NCBI GenBank assembly: GCA_965240465.1
Contig: OZ251219.1
Location: forward strand, 384,001-448,000
From: a bacterium
GTDB lineage: Bacteria > SAR324 > JACQKK01
Direction: 5' to 3'
DNA: 64,000 nucleotides
Position 1 is the first letter of the stretch. Each line of letters opens with the position of its first letter. The notes beneath the pieces were generated by a model. The model was not told where the DNA came from, did no database searches, and saw only the letters and a program-made list of their open reading frames with translations. The translations under genes and the position numbers were made by a program. Positions 16,790 to 26,103 of this stretch are shown piece after piece.

Positions 16790-18193
16790 TTGGCGAGGTC
16801 TAAAAAACCATTGAAGACCTGGAAAAACATCCTTTGCATCGGGGCTGGACATGTAGGGGGGCCCTCCATGGCTGTTTTTGCCGATAAATTGCCTGATATA
16901 AATTTCTGCGTCCTGGATACCAATGCCGACCGCATTGCTCAGTGGAATTCATCTGCGTTGCCCATTTTTGAGCCTGGACTTACTGAGATTATCAATCGTA
17001 CTCGGGGTCGCAATTTATTCTTTGAAGTTCCATCTGCCAAAGCCTTTACGGATGCTGACATGATTTTCATCAGTGTTAACACTCCGACCAAAACTAGCGG
17101 GGAGGGAGCCCACCTGGCCAGCGAGTTGTGCTATTGGGAGCAAAGTGCCCGTAGCATAATGGAACACACCATCAAAGATGTCGTGGTAGTAGAAAAGAGC
17201 ACCGTACCCCTTTATACCGCCAATGCCATTGAGAAGATTTTTAAGACCGATACTAAGAAACGTCGTTTTGTGGTGCTATCCAACCCCGAATTCTTGGCAG
17301 AAGGTACCGCCATAAAAGATTTGGAAAACCCAGACCGAGTACTAATCGGTGGTAACCAAGACCATCATAGCCAACAAGCTGTCAGTTTATTAAGTAGCTT
17401 ATACTCTCGCTGGATCCCTAAAGAACGCATCCTGCACACCAATGTGTGGAGCGGTGAACTTTCCAAATTGACCGCCAATGCTATGCTCGCCCAGCGTATT
17501 TCCTCTATCAATGCCATTTCCGCTCTCTGTGAAAAAAGTGGAGCAGTCATAAATCATATTAGTCGTGTCATTGGCATGGACCATCGGCTAGGACCACATT
17601 TTCTGGAAGCTGGCATAGGATTCGGAGGCTCCTGTTTCCGTAAAGACATCCTCAGTCTGGTGTATATCCTATCCCAGCACGGACTTAGTGCCGAATCCGA
17701 CTACTGGAAACAGGTGATAACCCTCAATGACCACCAACTGCATCGCTTCTTCCAACTTATCCTCAGCACACTCTTTAACACCATTACCAATAAAAAAATC
17801 GCTGTCTTGGGAACTTCCTTTAAGCCCCATACCAATGATACCCGCGACTCACCCGCCATTAACCTCTGTAGGAAACTCCTAAAAGAAAATGCCAACCTAT
17901 CCATCTGCGACCCCCAAGCCATAGATAATACCCAAACTGAACTCGGCTTAACTGCCGATCATCCCCAACTTTCCTTCACCACCGATCCCTACCAAGCCAC
18001 TAAAGACGCCCACGCCATCATCCTTATGACCCACTGGCCTCAATTTGAATCCCTCAACTACCAACGTATCCTCCAAAAAATGACCCCCCCACCCTTCTTC
18101 TTTGACGGACGAGGAAAAATGCCTCTTGCTAAACTCCAGCAACTAGGATTTCACGTCCATGCCATCGGTCACCCCCCCTTGCTACCATCCTAA
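16790..18193 (+). CDS. ugd: UDP-glucose 6-dehydrogenase
   Basis: IGAGHVG, VNTPTK, EKSTVP, SNPEFLAEG, ELSKL, GFGGSCFRKD, FKPHTNDTRDSP. Confidence 0.95.
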   Translation: MARSKKPLKTWKNILCIGAGHVGGPSMAVFADKLPDINFCVLDTNADRIAQWNSSALPIFEPGLTEIINRTRGRNLFFEVPSAKAFTDADMIFISVNTPTKTSGEGAHLASELCYWEQSARSIMEHTIKDVVVVEKSTVPLYTANAIEKIFKTDTKKRRFVVLSNPEFLAEGTAIKDLENPDRVLIGGNQDHHSQQAVSLLSSLYSRWIPKERILHTNVWSGELSKLTANAMLAQRISSINAISALCEKSGAVINHISRVIGMDHRLGPHFLEAGIGFGGSCFRKDILSLVYILSQHGLSAESDYWKQVITLNDHQLHRFFQLILSTLFNTITNKKIAVLGTSFKPHTNDTRDSPAINLCRKLLKENANLSICDPQAIDNTQTELGLTADHPQLSFTTDPYQATKDAHAIILMTHWPQFESLNYQRILQKMTPPPFFFDGRGKMPLAKLQQLGFHVHAIGHPPLLPS

Positions 18194-18605
18194 GACCAGT
18201 CTGGTTCCCGTTTTACGCTTCTTCTTTGACGGACGAGGAAAAATGCCCCTTGCTAAACTCCAGTAACTAGGATTTCATGTCCATGCCATCGGTCACCCCC
18301 CCCCCCCTTGCTACCATCCTAAAACCAGTCTGGTTCCCATTTTACGCTTCTTCTTTGACGGACGAGGAAAAATGCCTCTTGCTAAACTCCAGCAACTAGG
18401 ATTTCACGTCCATGCCATCGGTCACCCCCCTTTGCTACCATCCTAAAACCAGTCTGGTTCCCATTTTACGCTTCTTCTTTGACGGACGAGGAAAAATGCC
18501 CCTTGCTAAACTCCAGTAACTAGGATTTCATGTCCATGCCATCGGTCACCCCCCCCCCCCCCCTTGCTACCATCCTAAAACCAGTCTGGTTCCCATTTTA
18601 CGCTT
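18094..18605. repeat. Four tandem copies (124-132 bp) of the ugd 3' end plus downstream sequence, pattern A-B-A-B, with variable poly-C tracts
   Basis: Units start at 18094, 18218, 18347, 18471 (cttcttctttgacggacgagg). Confidence 0.95.
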
Positions 18606-19554
18606 AGGCAGGAGCATCCTGTCTATGCTCCATGGTTGCAATTAATTGACTGTTTTCAATATCTTCACCATGAGTCCTAATGGCATAAGTAAAAAACACC
18701 AAGCCCACTGACAATAAATACAGCATTGAACCCATAGTCCACATCAAGGCAGCCCCTAAGCGTTGATCTTCTAACACGCTAAAACCCCAGCTGCCATTTG
18801 TCACCGTTTCATAGCCATATAGGGAAACCTCGGCAAAAACAATCATGGCACTTATAATTGAATTGATGATCGTAGCTCCAAATATCCCGAGGCAGATCAC
18901 CAAAGGATGCAGCTTCTTCTTAAGAGGATAAGGCTGTACCACGTTCAACCAAAAGAAAAAGGCTCCAAATATAAAACAAAAATGCTGCAAATAATGAAAT
19001 CCCTCATTAAACAAAGCTAATTTATAAAAAGTCGGAAAATGCCACCCTATCTGTACCACCTCAAATAACACCAAAGAAGGCAGCATCAGCATCAGCAATT
19101 TCCAAGTGCCCCGCAAAGGACCCCAACGCGCCAAAGAAGGTATTAAACTCCTGCGTACCCGCTCAGGCAAACCATATAACACCGCCAACAAAGGTGAACT
19201 CAGCATCAATAAAGGAACAATTACCAGCATCATTAGCATGTGCTGAACCATATGCGCGGAAAAATAATAGCCCGCCAAATAATCAATAGGGCCAGCCAAA
19301 GCCATCACCGATAACAAAACCGACAACCAAAACGAAACCTGCCGCCAACCATTCCAAATCGCCCGATGCCTCAAACTGCCGCGTCGCAAACGATAACTAC
19401 CCCGCATATAACAAATCGCTACCAACAACACCAACAACAGTGAGGGGTCAAAACCCCAATGACTCCATAACGCACCCCCCATAGAATCAACCACCCCTTC
19501 AGTTTCTAGTCCCCCATGTGCATACGCCAACATTAATCGTATTCTCCCGATCAA
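18604..19554 (-). CDS. ctaG: Cytochrome c oxidase caa3 assembly factor CtaG (Caa3_CtaG family)
   Basis: FSAHMVQHMLM, WHFP, HYLQH, DQRLGAALMW; end of the cta operon. Confidence 0.9.
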   Translation of the reverse strand: MIGRIRLMLAYAHGGLETEGVVDSMGGALWSHWGFDPSLLLVLLVAICYMRGSYRLRRGSLRHRAIWNGWRQVSFWLSVLLSVMALAGPIDYLAGYYFSAHMVQHMLMMLVIVPLLMLSSPLLAVLYGLPERVRRSLIPSLARWGPLRGTWKLLMLMLPSLVLFEVVQIGWHFPTFYKLALFNEGFHYLQHFCFIFGAFFFWLNVVQPYPLKKKLHPLVICLGIFGATIINSIISAMIVFAEVSLYGYETVTNGSWGFSVLEDQRLGAALMWTMGSMLYLLSVGLVFFTYAIRTHGEDIENSQLIATMEHRQDAPA

Positions 19555-19596
19555 GAAGCGATTTTAACTAACCAGACAACCCCGCGATCGCCTATC

Positions 19597-19914
19597 TCAA
19601 GCAACCGCAGGACGAACAACAGGATGAGCAATTAAAAAGAGGGACATCAAGGCAAGTAGCAAGCCTAATCCGATCAGCACCGCAATGCTGAGTAAGCGAT
19701 AAAAAATAGGGTGGTCAAATTTCAGGTGCATGTAGAACATCACTACCAGCAGAAACTTAGATCCAGATAACACCAGCAGCAAAGGCACAAAGAATGGCTT
19801 AACAGCCTCCACATAAAATAAAACAAACTCGGCAAAAGTAACCAAACACAAAATAACCGCCACCCTAACATAAGTAATCATCCTCGGATGCTTATGAGCA
19901 ACTTTAACATTCAT
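19597..19914 (-). CDS. ctaF: Cytochrome c oxidase subunit IV
   Basis: 3 TM, KF.LVVMFYMHLKFD. Confidence 0.9.
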   Translation of the reverse strand: MNVKVAHKHPRMITYVRVAVILCLVTFAEFVLFYVEAVKPFFVPLLLVLSGSKFLLVVMFYMHLKFDHPIFYRLLSIAVLIGLGLLLALMSLFLIAHPVVRPAVA

Positions 19915-19953
19915 AGCAAATACCCTCAGTCATTCAGCAAAAATCTACCAGTC

Positions 19954-20553
19954 CTAAACAAAAACAAATAAATAAACTACGGTGAAAATTACAATCCAAA
20001 TAACATCCACAAAGTGCCAGTAAAGAGCCATTGTCTCCACCTTAATAGCTCCGTCTTCAACCAAGCCACCCCGTAAAGAAGTCACAAACAATGATAATAA
20101 CCAAATCACCCCCACCGTCACATGAACTCCATGGGTACCCGTCAGCAAAAAGAAACTTCCCCCAAATACATTGGTCGATAAACCTAATCCCTGATGCACA
20201 AACTCAGTAAATTCATAAGCCTGAAAACCTAAAAATATCAGCCCGCCCAAAGCAGTAACCAGTATCCAGCGGCGAAAAGCCACCATATTGCCAGCCTGTA
20301 TGCTCGACAAACCCAGCACTACCGAAAAAGAACTCATCAGCAGTACGAAAGTACTAATGGTGGTAATAGGAATGTTCAAAACATCTTTGGGATGCGGACC
20401 CACCACGCTGGCATTGCGATAAATCATATACGTGGCAATCAGAATGCCAAATAATATGCACTCCGAAGTGATTAAAATCCACATGCCCAGTTTGCGATTG
20501 TCTACTCCGAGGCTGGTGTGATGGTCGCTCAAAACATTCTCCTTAATATACAA
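19954..20553 (-). CDS. ctaE: Cytochrome c oxidase subunit III
   Basis: GMWILITSE, TGTHGVHV, LYWHFVDVIW. Confidence 0.95.
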   Translation of the reverse strand: MYIKENVLSDHHTSLGVDNRKLGMWILITSECILFGILIATYMIYRNASVVGPHPKDVLNIPITTISTFVLLMSSFSVVLGLSSIQAGNMVAFRRWILVTALGGLIFLGFQAYEFTEFVHQGLGLSTNVFGGSFFLLTGTHGVHVTVGVIWLLSLFVTSLRGGLVEDGAIKVETMALYWHFVDVIWIVIFTVVYLFVFV

Positions 20554-20619
20554 TTCTGTTGTGGTTACAATTAATATACAATTTCTACCCTGCTAAGAGG
20601 CACTGCCGAAACCGATTAT

Positions 20620-22419
20620 TTAGTCTTCAAAAGGCTGGAAAGCCCAAGCATAAACGCCTATAAAAATAAATGGTATCCCCACAAAGCTCAGCCAGAATCC
20701 ATAGATAAAGCCACTAGCTAACATTCCTAATCCCAGGGCAGTGACCAGCGGCCAAATGCTGGGATTAGGCAATTTAACTTGGGCATTTTTTGGTTCGGGC
20801 TTAAAGTTTTTCAGTTGGTATTTGCGATGCCAGAACTCATCCAAGGTGGTGACTTGAGGAAGTTGGGCAAAATTATAGACTGGCGGAGGAGATGCAATAG
20901 ACCACTCCAGCGTGCGAGCATCCCAAGGATCGGCAGGAGATAATTCCCCCTCTTTTAGGCTACGCTTAAAATTATAAAGGGTCAGTAAAAAACCAGCCAT
21001 GGTCATATAAGCCCCGATGGATATCCAAAAATTCCAGAAATCTAGCCCAGCCTCAGCTGGGTAAGTGAACACCCTACGAGGCATGCCTTCCACTCCCAAG
21101 AAATGCATGGGGAAGAAGGTGAGGTTCACGCCCAAAAGAACTACCCAAAAAGAAAGATTACCCAAGCGTTCACTGAGTAAACGCCCAGTAAACTTGGGAT
21201 ACCAATAGTGTAAGCCAGCTAAAATTCCCATCAAGGCTCCCCCCACCAGCACATAATGAAAATGGGCTACCACAAAATAAGAATCCTGTTGCTGAGAATC
21301 TATCGGAGGAGAAGCATGCATAATACCGCTAAGACCCCCCACAGTAAAGGTCACAATAAAAGCCACCGCATATTTACAAGCAGTAGTAAAACGAATGTTA
21401 CCACCCACCAAAGTAAAGATCCAATTGAATATCTTAACCCCCGTAGGAATGGCAATTAACATGGTCGCAGAAGCAAACAAGGCATCCGCCCAGGGGCCCA
21501 TGCCAACAGTAAACATGTGATGCGCCCAAACGCTAAAACCCAAAAACCCAATCGCAATCACCGCCAATACCATAGTGGGATAGCCAAATAATGGCTTGCG
21601 AGCAAAAGTCGGTAGCACCTCTGAAACCATACCCATAGCTGGTAAAATAAGAACGTACACCTCAGGATGTCCAAAAACCCAAAACAAATGCTGCCACAGC
21701 AATACACTGCTCCCCCCAGTAGCATCAAAGAAATGAGTGCCAAAAAAGCGGTCAAAAGTAAGCTGCACTAAGGCAATCGCAATCACTGGCAGGGCTAGCA
21801 ACAATAAAAAATTGGTGATGAGAACCGTCCAAGTGAAAATAGGCATCCGCATTAGGCTCATCCCCGGAGCCCGCATGTTAAAAATAGTCGCAATAAAATT
21901 GATGGAAGCAATCAACGAAGCCAACCCCAGCAACTGTAAGCCCATCATCCAGTAGTCGGTGCTTGCCCCAGGAGAATACTCCAAAGAAGTCAAATTAGCA
22001 TAGCCAAACCAACCTACATCGGGAACATTACCCGACAAAAATCCCAAATTTAAGAGCACCCCACCAAAAATAAAAATCCAATAACTCAAGGCATTAAGAC
22101 GCGGAAAAGCCACATCCCTAGCCCCAATCTGCAAGGGAACAATATAATTAAACAAAGCCGCGTTAATGGGCATCACGAACAAAAAGATCATGGTAGTCCC
22201 ATGCATGGTGAACATGCTGTTATAAAAATCGGCACTGAGAAAATCGTTGTTGGGTACTATCAACTGAGTCCGAATTAGCACCGCTTCCACCCCACCTATG
22301 AAAAAAAACACCAGGGCACTCAAACCATATAACCAGCCAATCCGCTTGTGATCCACCGTGGTCAACCAGCTCCATACACAGCTGTCCCTGAGTACTCTAT
22401 TTAAGACCATCTTGCTCAT
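20620..22419 (-). CDS. ctaD: Cytochrome c oxidase subunit I (A1 type)
   Basis: TVDHKRIG, TMHGTTMIF, FGHPEVY, WAHHMF, VAHFHY, GMPRR. Confidence 0.97.
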   Translation of the reverse strand: MSKMVLNRVLRDSCVWSWLTTVDHKRIGWLYGLSALVFFFIGGVEAVLIRTQLIVPNNDFLSADFYNSMFTMHGTTMIFLFVMPINAALFNYIVPLQIGARDVAFPRLNALSYWIFIFGGVLLNLGFLSGNVPDVGWFGYANLTSLEYSPGASTDYWMMGLQLLGLASLIASINFIATIFNMRAPGMSLMRMPIFTWTVLITNFLLLLALPVIAIALVQLTFDRFFGTHFFDATGGSSVLLWQHLFWVFGHPEVYVLILPAMGMVSEVLPTFARKPLFGYPTMVLAVIAIGFLGFSVWAHHMFTVGMGPWADALFASATMLIAIPTGVKIFNWIFTLVGGNIRFTTACKYAVAFIVTFTVGGLSGIMHASPPIDSQQQDSYFVVAHFHYVLVGGALMGILAGLHYWYPKFTGRLLSERLGNLSFWVVLLGVNLTFFPMHFLGVEGMPRRVFTYPAEAGLDFWNFWISIGAYMTMAGFLLTLYNFKRSLKEGELSPADPWDARTLEWSIASPPPVYNFAQLPQVTTLDEFWHRKYQLKNFKPEPKNAQVKLPNPSIWPLVTALGLGMLASGFIYGFWLSFVGIPFIFIGVYAWAFQPFED

Positions 22420-22529
22420 ACCTTCTCATACCTTCTCATACCTGCTCATTCTTGCTCATACCTTCTCATACCTGCTCATTCTTGCTCATACCTTCTCATA
22501 CCTGCTCATACCTCTCATACCTTCTCATG
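22411..22529. repeat. 10-bp tandem repeat (ccttctcata and variants), about 12 copies with a 30-bp higher-order period, between ctaC and ctaD
   Basis: Directly visible; the minus-strand unit is TATGAGAAGG. Confidence 0.9.
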
Positions 22530-22555
22530 AAGTATCACCTAGCTGGAAATAGCAG

Positions 22556-24040
22556 TCATAGGGAAAGCAAATAGCTAGCTAATTCATCTATTTCCGCCTC
22601 CGACAAAGCAACCGCCGCTGGCATGCCAGTCCCCGGCTTGATGGACTGAGGGTCCTTGAGCCACTTCTTTAGATTATCAGCATTTAATTCCAGCAAGCCC
22701 ACTATCTTATCCCTAGACCCAAATCCAGCCAAAGATGGACCTATTATTCCTTGGGCCTTGGGAATATCGGGAATGATATGACAAGTCCAGCAAATCCCCT
22801 TTTCAATGATATTCTGAACCTCCCCCCCCACCCCCTCAGTAGCTGCACCTTGCCCCTGCACCTGCTCTTGATCTTGATCTTGCCCCTGCTCTTGATCTTG
22901 GCTTCTAGCAACCAAATCCGAGGCATTTTTCTGGGCTTTGGCACCCCCCGGGAAACTAAGCAGATAAGCCGCCAGCTGATCGGCTTCCACAAAGTTAATA
23001 TCCAGCCTCTTATAACTGATAGTGCCTTTTTCGTCTTTGGTAGCCAAACCCATTTTCACCTTAGGCTTGATCACCTGAGGATTATGAATCCAGCGAGCTA
23101 AGTTCTCCCGATTGTTCACCAATACCCCACCTGATAAATACCTCCTAGTGGGTAAATTGCTTAAATTAGGACCCAACTTCCCCACCGCAGCTGGATTCCC
23201 AGAAATGCTATGGCAAGTCACGCAAATTTTCTCGGTGAATAACTGCTCTCCCCTACGAGCATCCACGGTGACCGCTACTGGTGGCTGTTGCTGTTGAATG
23301 ATCCATTGCTCGTATTTTTTTTCTGGTACCACATGCACCACAAAACGCATCAATGCATGGGAAGTACCACAATACTCGGCACATTGACCATAATACGTGC
23401 CTTCTCTCTCGGTGGTGAACCATAGACTGTTCACTCTACCGGGAATGTTATCCTTTTTGCCCTGCAACTGAGGAACCCAAAAAGAGTGGATCACATCATT
23501 GGTGGTAGTCTCCACTACCACCGTCCGATGAAGGGGAAGGTACATCTCATTGGCAGATCTAACCCCCGTATCAGGATACTCAAACTCCCACCACCACTGA
23601 TTCCCTATCGCCCGTACCAATAAAATATCCTCATCTGGCGGGTAAGCCGCCCGAAAAATAGCCTGCCAAGTAGGCACCGCAATGAAAATCAAGATCACAG
23701 TGGGAATGATGAACCAAGCAATCTCCAACTTGGCTGAGCCATGCACCTGCTTAGGAATATCCTTCTCCTTCCCCTTCCTAGCCCGAAAACTAAACCCAGC
23801 CCAGCCCAATAAGACCACCACCACCACAAAAATCACCACCGTGATGTAAGTCACCAGCACATAAAGATCATGGATAACCCAAGCCGAATCAGTCTGAGGC
23901 TCAACAGTCGTCTGAGGAGTACCCCCAAAGCAACTCCCCAACCACAGGACGCAAATCCCGCTGATCCCCATCCATAATCCGTTAAGTACGTATCTCAAGA
24001 ATAGCAAGGCCGCAAAGAAAATTCTGGGGTACAAAGACAC
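22556..24040 (-). CDS. ctaC: Cytochrome c oxidase subunit II with two C-terminal cytochrome c domains
   Basis: QWWWEFEY, DVIHSFWVP, CAEYCGTSHALM (CuA), CVTCH and CWTCH haem motifs; start uncertain. Confidence 0.95.
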   Translation of the reverse strand: MSLYPRIFFAALLFLRYVLNGLWMGISGICVLWLGSCFGGTPQTTVEPQTDSAWVIHDLYVLVTYITVVIFVVVVVLLGWAGFSFRARKGKEKDIPKQVHGSAKLEIAWFIIPTVILIFIAVPTWQAIFRAAYPPDEDILLVRAIGNQWWWEFEYPDTGVRSANEMYLPLHRTVVVETTTNDVIHSFWVPQLQGKKDNIPGRVNSLWFTTEREGTYYGQCAEYCGTSHALMRFVVHVVPEKKYEQWIIQQQQPPVAVTVDARRGEQLFTEKICVTCHSISGNPAAVGKLGPNLSNLPTRRYLSGGVLVNNRENLARWIHNPQVIKPKVKMGLATKDEKGTISYKRLDINFVEADQLAAYLLSFPGGAKAQKNASDLVARSQDQEQGQDQDQEQVQGQGAATEGVGGEVQNIIEKGICWTCHIIPDIPKAQGIIGPSLAGFGSRDKIVGLLELNADNLKKWLKDPQSIKPGTGMPAAVALSEAEIDELASYLLSL

Positions 24041-24060
24041 TTATAGATAAATAGTGAAGG

Positions 24061-24144
24061 CTACTTTGTCAAGTATATTTCTGCTTTGTCAAATATATTT
24101 CTAATTTGTCAAGTATATTTCTAATTTGTCAAGTATATTCCTAC
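24061..24144. repeat. 20-bp tandem repeat x4, each carrying TTGACA on the minus strand, upstream of ctaC
   Basis: ctaatttgtcaagtatattt units at 24061, 24081, 24101, 24121. Confidence 0.9.
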
Positions 24145-24158
24145 TCAAGTACACCACC

Positions 24159-25424
24159 CTAGCGTACCTTTAGATATATCACCATAGCTATTACCAGCAA
24201 CCACAGCGACCATACGTGCAAATGCCAAACTACTCGGCTATTGACCTGAGTAGGATCACGTAAGCGGTCTTCGGGCTGGGGAGATCGTAATCCCACCACC
24301 TCTAGCATATTAGCCCAGAGCGATCGCACTCCGTTTTGTTCGCTGGAGGCACTCCAAAGCACCTGCAAATGATGATGATAAGGAGCTCGGTAGAAAAAAC
24401 GGAGTTGCTCGGCGATTTTTCGTCCGCGGGTGCGAAGCATAATTTGAAAGAAGACCCGTTGAATAATGGAAGACAAGGTGATCAAGACAAACACTCCTCC
24501 CACTAAGGGCAAAAATAACTCCGTCTTGGTGAATATAAACATGGTCGCCAAGGCACTGCCAAATGACAAGGCCCCCGAGTCGCCCAAGGTAATCATGGCA
24601 GGAGGAGCATTAAAGCGTAAGAAAATCAATCCTGCACTGAACATCGCCGCCGCAAAGACGACCACTTCACGTACCTCAACCGGCAACGGAGGCAACAACA
24701 GGCGTTCTTGAATAGAAGGATTGGTACCCGCATAGGCAGCCACCACCACAAATAACACTGCCGTTAAAAATGGTACAATCGCCAAGGAATCCAGACCATC
24801 GGTAAGATTAACCGCATTGGCACAACCAACAATCATGAAAATCATGAAGGGAATAAATACATAGCGAGGTAAATAAGGATACCACCATTTCAAGGGGATA
24901 AGCGGCACTACCAAATGTCCATCCACATCCACTTGATGATAGAATACCACCACCACCACCGATGCTAGAAAAAATTGCAACAAGATACGCCACCAGCCTC
25001 CCAAACCGTCTGCCTTGCTAGTGTAAGATTTCTTATTCGCCAAACCGCTGAGAACCCGACGACGATGGCGTACCTTGCTCCAATCATCCAGAGCCCCTAC
25101 TCCCGCAAAAGATACCAACACCAACACCAATGCCAAAGTGAACTGATTCACCTGCATCCACAGTAACGCGGAAAATACTACTCCCAATACTAAAACCACT
25201 CCCCCGCCCAACGGCTTGGGACCCATATAAGGCTCGGGCGGAACACTAGGAGGAACAGCAACTTGGAGATCCCCAAAAATCTCGTTCAGGCGTAACCAGC
25301 GAATAAAGGAAGGCATTAGCACAGACACCAATACATAGGTGGACACAAATGCCATCCCACCCCTAAATGATACCGAACGAAAAATCTGGTATGGCCAAAA
25401 AGAATATAATAACTCCGCCAACAT
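24159..25424 (-). CDS. mraY: Phospho-N-acetylmuramoyl-pentapeptide transferase MraY (divergent)
   Basis: GALDDWSK, NAVNLTDGLDSLA, FNAPPA, GDSGAL, APYHHH, LKVR C-terminus. Confidence 0.85.
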   Translation of the reverse strand: MLAELLYSFWPYQIFRSVSFRGGMAFVSTYVLVSVLMPSFIRWLRLNEIFGDLQVAVPPSVPPEPYMGPKPLGGGVVLVLGVVFSALLWMQVNQFTLALVLVLVSFAGVGALDDWSKVRHRRRVLSGLANKKSYTSKADGLGGWWRILLQFFLASVVVVVFYHQVDVDGHLVVPLIPLKWWYPYLPRYVFIPFMIFMIVGCANAVNLTDGLDSLAIVPFLTAVLFVVVAAYAGTNPSIQERLLLPPLPVEVREVVVFAAAMFSAGLIFLRFNAPPAMITLGDSGALSFGSALATMFIFTKTELFLPLVGGVFVLITLSSIIQRVFFQIMLRTRGRKIAEQLRFFYRAPYHHHLQVLWSASSEQNGVRSLWANMLEVVGLRSPQPEDRLRDPTQVNSRVVWHLHVWSLWLLVIAMVIYLKVR

Positions 25425-25492
25425 TTCACTTCTTCCTTATCACAATAATACCATCATATGCCCTACTGGCAAGCTCATAACCACCTCCACCC

Positions 25493-26068
25493 CTATCCCG
25501 ATAACAAAACCTCCTCCTTTTGCTTGATTATCTTTTCTGCAGTATCAATCCATTTATCGGTGGCTTGTTGATTCTCCACTTCCAGATCATGCAACTTGTC
25601 TTTGGATAACTGCTTGTCGCGCTCCAGCTGTTTCAGATGTTCATTGCTATCGCGGCGGGCATGGCGAATGGAAATTTTGGCGTCCTCACCCAATTTGTGT
25701 ACATGCCGAACCAGCTCCTTACGGCGTTCTTCGGTCAGCATCGGCACCTGCACCCGCACCAAACCATTGTCTACCAAAGCATCCAAACCCAAGCCCGCTT
25801 GATTAATCGCTTTGGCAACCTCGGGCAAAATGGCAGCCTCATAGGGAGATACCACCAGAGTTTGAGCATCAGGGGAACTAAAATTAGCTAACTGACGCAA
25901 TGGAGTCTGCTGCTCATAGTAAGTAACCATCACCGAACCCAGCATATCAGGAGCAAGACGTCCACTGCGTACCATTTCTAGCTCTTGCTTTAGATAATCC
26001 ACTGCCTGCGACATTTTTTTAATGCTCTCATCAAGCAATAAAGTCGTTTCAATCTCATCCATCATCAT
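25493..26068 (-). CDS. frr: Ribosome recycling factor
   Basis: VRSGR, PMLTEERRKELV, KISIRHARRD; rpsB-tsf-pyrH-frr order. Confidence 0.95.
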   Translation of the reverse strand: MMMDEIETTLLLDESIKKMSQAVDYLKQELEMVRSGRLAPDMLGSVMVTYYEQQTPLRQLANFSSPDAQTLVVSPYEAAILPEVAKAINQAGLGLDALVDNGLVRVQVPMLTEERRKELVRHVHKLGEDAKISIRHARRDSNEHLKQLERDKQLSKDKLHDLEVENQQATDKWIDTAEKIIKQKEEVLLSG

Positions 26069-26103
26069 CTCCTATGTAAAAAATTAATCAGGGCAAATTG
26101 GCA

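Noticed and set aside
18094-18605. Possible CRISPR array
   Set aside because: Whole units are near-identical copies of the ugd 3' end with no unique spacers, and no cas genes are present.
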